Positions 51,201 to 59,900 of a stretch of 64,000 bases of DNA are shown piece by piece. The notes under the pieces are model-generated. The model did no database searches. It saw nothing but the letters and a program-made list of their open reading frames with translations, and had not been told where the DNA came from. Each line of letters begins with the position of its first letter. Position 1 is the first letter of the stretch. This DNA comes from Azolla caroliniana (lineage: Eukaryota; Plantae; Polypodiophyta). The stretch covers positions 7,068,001-7,132,000 of the forward strand of contig JBHGNT010000013.1 of the NCBI GenBank assembly GCA_043228905.1, read 5' to 3'. The translations under genes were made by a program, and so were the position numbers.

Positions 51201-52334
51201 CAGACGAACTTCTGGAACGTGTCGGACATCTTTCAACAGCAACTTGCATCCGGTTGGTGTTGTCAGCCACACGCCTCCTATGCCGACAATTCGGCATGTT
51301 CCTTCATTCCCCATCCGGACACAGCCGTGATCACCGGCTGAGTAGGATGAGAAGCATTTCCGGTCCGGGGTAAGGTGGAACGACGCTCCAGAATCTACCA
51401 CCCAGGTCATCTCATCGCCGGCATGGTTTATCTCACTCTCCTCGGTGATGAGCATCAACTCCTCTTCACTTGCCGCAATTGCCGTCGTTCCCTTCCGGTC
51501 CGGCCCCCTCCGGTCTTTACCGTTCCGGTCTGTACCGTTCCGGTTCAGGGTTTGCTTCGAATCGGTACCGTCGGTTTCCTTGTCTTTACGGAAATGCCGA
51601 CAATTCTTTTGGAAGTGTCCCGGCTTGCCGCAATAGAAGCAAGTAGGCCTCCCCCTTGACTTTGATCGTGTCCCCGACTTCTCCCGGTTCTGGGGACTAC
51701 GGTTTCTATGTCTTCCGCGTTCCGATTCGGTAAGGAGCGCTTTGGAGTCGGAGCTCGTATCTTTGTCTTTCCGACGAGCCTCCTCATCTAACAAGCTCGA
51801 TTTTACTCTTGCTAGGGATAGCCGTTTTCCTTCCGGCCCGGCGTTGCCCAAAGTAACAACTAACGTCTCCCAGCTATCCGGAAGGGAACCGAGCAGGAGT
51901 AGCGCTATGACCTCATCGGCAAGAGGTACTTCCAATGACGTTGCCTGGTGAATCAGCCCCTGGAAGGCATTCATATGCTCCGCCATGCTGGAGCCATCTT
52001 GGTACCGGAGTCTTACAAGCTTCCGGAATACCGACGCTTGATTGACAGCATTTTTGTTCTGGAACATTGTGCCGATCTTCTCCCAGAGCTGATGAGCCTT
52101 ACTCTCTTCATTGAAGTTGTTGTACAAGCTCATGTCGATGAAGCACCGTATGTACGCCGTTGTCTTCATGTGCATCACCTCCCATATCGCGGCGTCGATT
52201 TTGTCCGGTCTCTTGTCCCCGAATTGAACCGGCAGCCAGAGGTCTTTAACCACGAGCATGTCCCTCATCTTCGACTTCCACACTAAATAGTTGGAGCCGG
52301 TGAGCTTGAACATGCCGCCAAACGATTCGTCCAT
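48273..52334 (-). CDS. Gag-Pol polyprotein of Copia H (1353 aa from MDESFGG)
   Basis: CFYCGKPGHFQKNC knuckle, WVVDSGASFH protease, HHCC + D,D35E integrase, LYVDDML RT, YCDSQSA..HSRTKHI RNase H; first Met after the PBS. Confidence 0.95.
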   Translation of the reverse strand: MDESFGGMFKLTGSNYLVWKSKMRDMLVVKDLWLPVQFGDKRPDKIDAAIWEVMHMKTTAYIRCFIDMSLYNNFNEESKAHQLWEKIGTMFQNKNAVNQASVFRKLVRLRYQDGSSMAEHMNAFQGLIHQATSLEVPLADEVIALLLLGSLPDSWETLVVTLGNAGPEGKRLSLARVKSSLLDEEARRKDKDTSSDSKALLTESERGRHRNRSPQNREKSGTRSKSRGRPTCFYCGKPGHFQKNCRHFRKDKETDGTDSKQTLNRNGTDRNGKDRRGPDRKGTTAIAASEEELMLITEESEINHAGDEMTWVVDSGASFHLTPDRKCFSSYSAGDHGCVRMGNEGTCRIVGIGGVWLTTPTGCKLLLKDVRHVPEVRLNLISAGRLDDEGYTGSIRNGVMKFSKGSLIVARARKVNTLYLMNARLCPEEVNVASDTTGELWHKRLCHMSEKGMKRLADDNLILVKNVHLEKCTDCLAGKQNRTSFRPRPPMRRNAPLELVHTDVCQVDTKSHAGAQYFVTFIDDHSRKLWATPLKTKDQVLSVFKELHARVERETGRKLKAVRADNGGEYRGQFEEYCRSKGIRLEFTVPKTPELNGLAERMNRTIMERVRSMLAHAKLPKKFWAEALSTTTYVINRSPSVPLDGDTPQRVWTGKEVSYRHLRVFGCLAYVHVAKDRRGKLDPKTRPCIFLGYGDDEFGYRVWDPVDKKVFRSRDIIFMEDKTLADWESEKKIVNSESTGKDRLYNEQTQPARDRLALEELAGYGEDTEPAEEEAEEAETRTGQDPESDSDEEQMEEPITEARRRRYPLRERRAPRRFPDAEHVLLTDEGEPESFEEVKEDTHSRKWLSAMQDEMDSLHENHTYKLVELPKGKRALRNKWLYKLKPGDGGNPPRYKARIVVKGFQQKKGVDFDEIFAPVVKMTSIRTVLSIAASMDLEVEQLDVKTAFLHGDLEEEIYMQQPEGFVEKGKEHLVCRLKKSLYGLKQAPRQWYWKFDSFMTDQGYHKTQADHCVFVKKFEGGDFLILLLYVDDMLIVGRDQGKIRMLKKALNRTFSMKDLGPARQMLGMHIIRDRSVKQLWLSQEKYVTKVLHRFNMSDAKPVGSTLPANCKLSGKQSPKTTGEKADMMKIPYASAVGSLMYAMVCTRPDIGYAVGVVSRFMSNPGKEHWNAVKWILRYLKGTSNMCLRFGSGKPQLDGFTDSDMSANVDTSRSTSGYVMTYAGGAVSWQSRLQKTVALSTTEAEYMAAVEAGKEILWMKDFIGELGIRQEEYRLYCDSQSAIHLAKNAAYHSRTKHIQRRYHWIRERVDDQEFTLAKIHTAENGSDMLTKVLTPDKLDVCRKRIRLERHPMSE

Positions 52335-52805
52335 TTTCTGTGTCGATTTCGCTCTGATACCAATTGTTGAGGACTCGACGTTCCTTATGTCCGACGCTCG
52401 GCCACAACCGAGATTCTTTACATACACAGAAAAATAGGTAATGAAACGCGACACAAAAGAGGAGAAATGGTGCACAGGAGGTATACGTGGAAAACCCCAA
52501 AATAGGGGGAAAAACCACGGCAGCCCACAAGCTGCAAACTGTCACTATGCAGAAATATACAACAGTGAGGTCACTAAGGCAACGACCTCGTGCTCACAGA
52601 TCTTCGCCACAGGCGGCGGTTACAATAGAGGCAACGACCTCGTCTCTCTCTCTCTCTCTCTCTGTACAGTTACGCGCTCAGATTTCTTCTTGCAACAACA
52701 ACGAAGAATAATAATAAGAATGACAACAACATTAAAAGTTTCCCCTAAGTCATATTTATACTAATATGACTTTTCGGCGATTTACAAATGTAGCCTCGAT
52801 GGGCT

Positions 52806-53028
52806 CCATCCGACTCTCCGCAGTCGGGTACTCCTCATCCAGTTCATACCGGGCTTGCACCATCCGACTCTCCGCAGTCGGGTTCTCCTCATCCGGTTCA
52901 TACCGGGCCTGCACCATCCGACTCTCCGCAGTCGGGTTCTCCTCATCCGGTTCATACCGGGCCTGCACCATCTGACTCTCCGTAGTCGGGTTCTCCTCAT
53001 CTGGTTCATACCGGGCCTGCACCATCCG
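52806..53028. repeat. 54-bp tandem repeat x4 in U3 of H 5' LTR
   Basis: Same unit at 52806, 52860, 52914, 52968. Confidence 0.93.
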
Positions 53029-56000
53029 GAGGGACCTGTCTCCCAACAACTACTAGGTAGCTATAGTCTCGTAGTAAGTGTCAGATGCTCGTGTGAGCAT
53101 TGAAGTACATGGTACTTCTGTCAGTCCCAAGGGGACTTGTATAAATAGTGCTACTTAGCACAGTGTATATACAGAGTCTTGATATAATTTTGAAATTGTG
53201 TTCTGCTCTCTCTGTCTCTCTGTCTCTCTATGTGTGTGTGTGTTGTTCTCTGTTTTACGCTTCCGCAAACACTTACGTTTACATGGTATCAGAGCGCGAG
53301 GGTTGAGAACCTCTGCTGCAGACATTTACTCTTGAGAAGAAAACCCTAACAGGTCAAAAACAGACACAGTAGAAGACATGGATAGAGGCATGGCTATGTC
53401 GCTCCCGGTGGAGAAGCTCGACAGGAGCAACTACGCATACTGGTCTTACAAGATGCACTAGTACCTGCTTGGACACGGGTACTGGAGTTATGTCGAGGAG
53501 CTAATGATGCGGCGCCCGACTCGACACACAAGGACTTCTCGGTATGGGAACAGGCGGCCAACAGGGTGATGTACTGCTTCGCGTCCAGTGTCGGCGATCA
53601 GCTGCTCAGCCACGTCCATGACGCCAAGACACCGAAGGATGCGTGGGGGAACCTAAAAAAGGTTTTCGCTGCAAGCACCACTGCCCGGAAGCTGCAACTC
53701 AGACAGGAGTTGAGCAATGTTCGACAGAAGAACATGTCCGTGGCAAACTACACGGGCCGGATAAAGGAGATCTGTGACTTGCTCGCCTCTATCAATGTTA
53801 CCGTAGAGGAAGACGAGATGGTGCAGGTATGTCTCGGAGGCCTGGCATCCAAGTTTGGAGTCCGGACTGCGGTGTGTACAAGGGAGAATACCCCCTCATT
53901 CTTCGACTTACAGTCGATGCTCCTTGTAGAGGAGAACCACGCTAATGCATCTACCAGTGCATCCCCGGACAGCCGAATGTTGTACACGGGAACGGATCGG
54001 CTCTGTGGGCGTGGTGGAAGAGGTGGGTCGGCACACAATGGAGGCGGCTAGCAAGAGCAGGAACGGAGGCACTATGAGCGTGCCGACAGCAGTTTCGGGA
54101 CTTCCACAAGCAGGGGGAATCAAGGCGGTGCTGGAGGCCGGCAAGACAAATCCGCTACGGAATGCTGGTACTGTGGCAAAAAAGGCCACAGGGAAAGCGA
54201 ATGCTGGAGAAAGCGTGCCGATTCGGACAAATCCGGATCCGGCAAGACCGGTAAGGATGGCCGGCAAAACTCGCACTACGCAAACGGATCAGGAGGATCC
54301 GGAACCGGAAAGGCCGGTAAGGGGCCAGTTTTGGTGATGAATCACAAGGCAAACTCAATGAAGAAGACCACTTCCAAAACGGAGGAAGTGTGGTATGTTG
54401 ATTCCGGCGTGTCAAACCACATGACGAGCCACAAAGAGTGGTTCTGCTTTCTGGAGAAACCGGATCAACCAGGAGTAGTCGAAACCGGAGATGACACTCC
54501 TCACCCAATCATGCACGTCGGAGAAGTCCCTCTAAGCCACGTCGAACAGAAAGGGAAGCTGATGAACGTATTACACGTTCCGACAATCATGAAGAACCTG
54601 GTGTCCGTCGGTCAGATTGTTGACCAGGGGATGCAGTGCGGTTTACGCACCTCGGGTGCTTCATTGAGGATGAGGGCGAAGTCATTGCACAAGGGCGCAA
54701 AGACGGGAGGATGTTTATCCTCGACACCAATGACTTTGGCACCGCTCTGTTCGCGAAACGACAGAAGGTCGAGTCGGACATCGACCTGTGGCACAAGTGT
54801 ATAGGCCATGTCAACTACCGGAGGCTTCAAGACCTGCAAACGAAACAAGTCGTTTTCGGTTTGCCGAAGTTCAGCGGCCGGAGAGCCGAAATTTGTGAAG
54901 CCTGCCAACTTGGGAAGCAACACCGGCTTCCATTCCCCACCTAACGGAACCGGAGCCGTAACAAGCTCGATCTCATCCATTCGGATGTGTGGGGACCGGC
55001 ACAAAGTGTAAGCCTTGGCGGGAGCCGGTACTTCGTCTCCTTCATCGACGACTATACTCGACATACTTGGATCTACCTCATTGAGCGGAAGAGCGAAGTC
55101 TTTGACTGTTTCCGGAGCCTCCAGAAGATGGTGGAACGGGAATCGGAGAGGAAGATGAAATGCCTTCGGTCAGATGGCGGAAAGGAATATTTTTCCGGCC
55201 AATTCACTAGTTATCTGCAGCAGAAGGGAATTCGGCGAGAGTTCAGCTGCAGATACACACCGGAGCAAAACGGTGTGGCCGAAAGGAAGAACCGGACACT
55301 CGTCGAAGCGGCAAGGACAATGCTGGAGGAGAAGAGCATGCCCCGGTTCTACTGGGCGGAGGCGGTCCGGACGGCTGTCTACATACAAAACCGCATTGGT
55401 GACAAGGTGTCAGCTCATGAGCTGTATTTCGGGCGCAAGCCGAACTTAAGACACCTTCGGATATTCGGCAGCATAGCGTATGTGCATGTACCGGATTAGA
55501 AGCGGAGAAAGCTGGATGCAAAATCGGAAAAATGCATCCTAGTCGGCTATGCTCAAGAGCAAAAGGGGTATAAGTGCTATAACCCCTGGACGAAGGAAGT
55601 CCGAGTTAGCCGGGATGTCGAGTTCAACGAATCGGCATCCTGGTACTCCGTACCGACTCCGACTTCCAATCCCGACCCAATGCCGGAAGATCAGGCCAGT
55701 GAGCCTGAATCAGCCCTAGCAGAGGATGATGAAGCCGGGACTCAAGATGGGAGTCCGGAATCGTTTCGGTTGAGTGGACCGAACGAGCGACTGAGTCGGT
55801 TGGACCAGTCGGATGAAGAGACGGCAAGTGGTGGAGACTCTGCCGTGCTCTCCCCGCGCAAGGAACCGAGGAAACGGTTCACGCGCAAAGAGAAGGGGAA
55901 GAGGAAGATGCCGGAATTCGAAACCGGCAACGATGAGTCGGATCGGTGCGTATCCGACTCCGGAAAGGAGAAAGGAAGATCTTCGGTAATGAAAACCGAA

Positions 56001-56858
56001 CTGGCCAAGAAGGGCCTCAAATCAGGTGACGGTGTATTGCGCCGATCAACCCGTCAGAAGGATCCCGTCGTGCGGTACGGGTACAATGAATACATGGCGC
56101 ATCATTATGCGTACATGACTAAGGTGACAGAAGTGCGTGAGCCGGAGAGCTACACAGAAGCGGCAAGGGATGCAAATTGGCGTGCCGCTATGGACGAAGA
56201 AATGCGGGCACTCGATGCCAACAAAACTTGGGACCTAGTTGATCCTCCCCGTCACTGTAAACCTTCGCTCCTGTGGCGAAGATGACGACGGTTCGTGTGG
56301 TACTAGCGGTTGCTGCGGCAAGGGGGTGGCATCTTCACCAGATGGATGTGAAGAACGCCTTCCTTCAAGGAGAGCTTGAAGAAGAAGTCTTTGTTACCCG
56401 GACCCGGACAGTCAGTTTTACCGAACAAGTGGGAAAGCGTCGAAAACGGAGTCGGTTCGGATCGACTGTTCGGATCAATGACTCAGCAGTGAACGAAGAG
56501 AACTAAGTTAGTTAGATAATTTTGTAATTCTTGATAGTAAGTAGGAATAGTTCTTGATGAGAAAAGACCTTCGGTATACCTATAAAAGGGAACCGAAGGC
56601 ATTGTAAGAAAGGTCGTTTATTTAGTAATATAAGTTTAAGTTAGGAATATCATGTACGGATTCTGTGTTCTTTCTATTGTCTATGTTGTTAAGTGCAATC
56701 TTCCTAATTTATAACTAAGTAACGATCACGGTAATTACCGATTAATATAGTATATTTCCGTTCGTAAAACACAATTCCTTGTTAGAACGTTGAGTAGCGA
56801 CGTTCACTCTTCTGTATCGGTAGTAGTTAGTAATTAGCCGATTAACACAGAAGAAATT

Positions 56859-56871
56859 TGGCACGCCCGGT
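56859..56871 (+). promoter_or_regulatory. PBS complementary to tRNA-Arg 3' end
   Basis: TGGCACGCCCGGT is complementary to ...ACCGGGCGTGCCA, recalled as the plant tRNA-Arg(UCU) 3' end; about 11 nt from the LTR. Confidence 0.7.
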
Positions 56872-56906
56872 TACATCTGCAATTAAGTAGAGAACAAATC
56901 GAATGG

Positions 56907-59900
56907 ATGTCGTATGAAGAGGAGACACCGGTCAGTTGTAAGCGCCCTCGTACAAGGTCAGTTACGAAGGCAGTGCAGGAAGCGTTCATTGCGCAAGAAC
57001 ATCCGGAATCAAGCACAAAGTGGTCGAAACTTCCTGACTTATTCGATCAATTACCTTCAGACGAAAAACAGACGGAAGAGGTATCGTTTTACGACATTTG
57101 GGACGATATGCCTTATACTTATTCTAAGTTCCGGGAAGGAACAGATGCGGAAGCACATGTTAGGGATTTCTTAACGACATGGGAGATTAACCATGGAGCT
57201 CAGCGATTGTCGGCAGATGCCGAAGATAAGTCAAAAATTGCTGAGTTCGTCTTATCATTAGACGGATATTCCGCCAATTGGTTTGCGCAGAACGGTCTTC
57301 AAGGATTTCCATCCTTTGAAGTGTTAAATAGTAAATTTTTACAATTATTTCATCAACAAATTCCGCAGAAGGATTTGATTGCGCAATTTTATGCGTTATA
57401 TCAACAAAAAAATGAAACAGTATCTCAGTTTGTGATACGATTTCAGAACTTACAGCTTCAGATTTCAAGGCCGATTCCGGATAATGAATTGAAAGAAGTC
57501 TTTCTAGAAGTTGTAAAAGAACCATTAAGGACGACATTGAAAGTGTTCCATTTTCGCAATCAGACTATCAAACAAGTAATTGATAAAACAATAGAAATGG
57601 GTCGACCACCGGTCAATGTTCAGAGTATGGACATGTCGGCATTACAACGTACATTACCTACAATAGAGGAGTTACAATTTCGTCAAGCAGTTCAATGCAC
57701 CACTTGTTTAAATACGGGGCATTCGGCAATTGAATGTACGTTAAGAACACATTGTACAATATGTCATTCAAAATTACATTCAGTAGAACAATGTGAATAT
57801 AATCTGCTTAATAAAACTACGGCGTCAGTACGACAAATTTTTACTGACAATGGTTACCAAAATAACACTAATCTGTTCAATGGTTATCAAAATAATAATT
57901 TTTCACAAAATCAGCAAAATGTACAACAAAATCCAACTTTTCAACAAAATACGGTTCTACAGCCAAATCAGATCTTTTCACAACAAAATATGCAACCCAC
58001 TCAAGTGACTCAAGCATTTCAACCAGGTTTTGCTCAATCCAACCCACCATTCGTACAGAATCCGAATCAATATTTTCAACAAAATAATCAAAGTTTCCAA
58101 CAAGGTAACCCACCATTTCAAGGGTTTCAACAGAACTGTCCGAATGTGCAACCGAATTCTGCATATCAACCGAATCCGGCATTTCAACCGGGTAATATGA
58201 CCTTTCAACATAATACTCAAACCGTTCCACAAAATAATCAAATGTTTCAACAGAATAATTTTCCGCCAAATCAGGAGTTCGGGATAACACAAAATGTAGC
58301 ACAACCAAATGATAATACCGAACAATTTAGGCAGAATCGGTATAAAAATAAGAAATTTTACAAACCAAAAGCTACACGTCAATTTCAACAAAACCCAAGT
58401 GGTAATGAAGAGCAGCAATTTAATAACGGCCAATTTGCACATGGAGAGACCGGTGGAACATTTGTACCCACTTGTTATATTTGTCGACAACTAGGCCATT
58501 ATGCTAATCAATGTCCGGTTAAAGGAAAGGGTCCAGCAGTTAATATGGTAATACCGGAAGTTCAGCAACTAACGACACGCAGCAAAAGCAAACAATCAGA
58601 GTGGGAAATTCAGGAAGAAGTTCGGAAGGCGGCAAAAGAATGGGTTGACGAAGCAAATCAAAGTAATGTGAATCGAATGTTACAAGACAATAACATTGAC
58701 CAGAACATCGTTGTACAACAGTCATTGGGGAATAAGGAACAGGAAGAAACTTGGAAACTGTTGGCTGATTGCCAAGTGTCATTGCCACTTACGGGCTTAC
58801 TTAAGTTAGTACCAAGGTTTACAGAAAAAGTGGCAGCATTAATTGCATATAAAGGTTCCGAACAGATAGCAGTACACTACAATCAGCCAAGTAATAACCC
58901 TTCGATCATGGATGAACAGAATCCGTCGATTAAGGTAATACTTTACGGGCAAGAAATCGGAAATGTGATTATAGATGGAGGCTCGGGAGTTAATGTGATT
59001 AACAAAGCTACATGTGAAAAACTAGGAATCACGAAATGGGAAGCATGTCCGTTTTGGTTACGAATGGCAGATACAAGTACGGTACGACCGATTGGTTTGC
59101 TTCGACAACTGGATGTAATAATCGGGGGACACAATTTTCAGATTTCGGCAGTAATTTTGCAGTTAGAAACACAGGGAGCATACCCCTTGTTATTGGGGAG
59201 ACCATGGTTAAAGACAACTAATATCAAACAAAATTGGAAACAAAATGTGCTAACATTTAGGAAAGGAAAAACTAAGGTCAGGATTCCGACGCACAACAAA
59301 GTGACAACAAGCAAACAGAGTTTACCTGTACATGCAGAAGCAGTTAATATGATGGAAGGATTGGATGAGGAAGAAGAAAGTCAGTATTTTAATGATAATC
59401 AAAAAATCATCCCTCTATTTGAGGTAGATATTTTGCAAGCATTAACACCATATGTAGACTCACACGAAGAAGTGCCAATAGATGAGCAAACAATGAAAGA
59501 AATACGAATGCAACAAGAAGCTACAGATAAGGAAATGAAGGTATCTCAAAGAGTGCAAGCCTCAGCATTAGAGGAGATCGATTTGGCAGGAGTAGAGGAT
59601 GGTGAAAGAAAAACAGTCTTGATTGCTAGAGATTTGGCGGAAAATGACAAACGGACATTAACAACATTACTATTACAATATAAAGATGTTTTTGCATGGT
59701 CGTTTGACGATATGAAAGGTCTAGATCCCGCTTTTTGTCAACATCAAATCAATTTGCATAAAGATGCAAAGCCAGTACAACAACGCAGGTACAGGTTGAA
59801 TCCGAATTATGCTATCAAAGTAAAAGAAGAAATCGATAAACTCTTAAAAGTAGGATTTATTCGACCCGTCAAAAAATCAACATGGCTGAGTCCGATAGTA

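Larger units (their letters stand above)
47530..53048 (-). mobile_element. Intact Ty1/Copia element H (Tnt1/Tork-like)
   Basis: LTRs 47530-48262 and 52365-53048 with about a dozen mismatches by eye; perfect TSD ACTAC; PBS TGGTATCAGAGC 52351-52362; PPT TGAAGGGGTAGTT 48263-48275; uninterrupted ORF. Confidence 0.97.
47353..56391 (+). mobile_element. Copia I (family A/E): 5' LTR split by H, RT interrupted by Gypsy J
   Basis: 5' LTR = 47353-47529 + 53054-53283 (TGTTGAGCGGCAAGCTCAAC...TTTACA); PBS TGGTATCAGAGC 53284-53295; gag/PR/INT/RT fragments 53378-56391 ending at GELEEEV. Confidence 0.9.

Noticed and set aside
52335-52475. 47-aa N-terminal extension of the 1400-aa ORF
   Set aside because: Runs through U5 and the PBS; the true start is most likely MDESFGG at 52334
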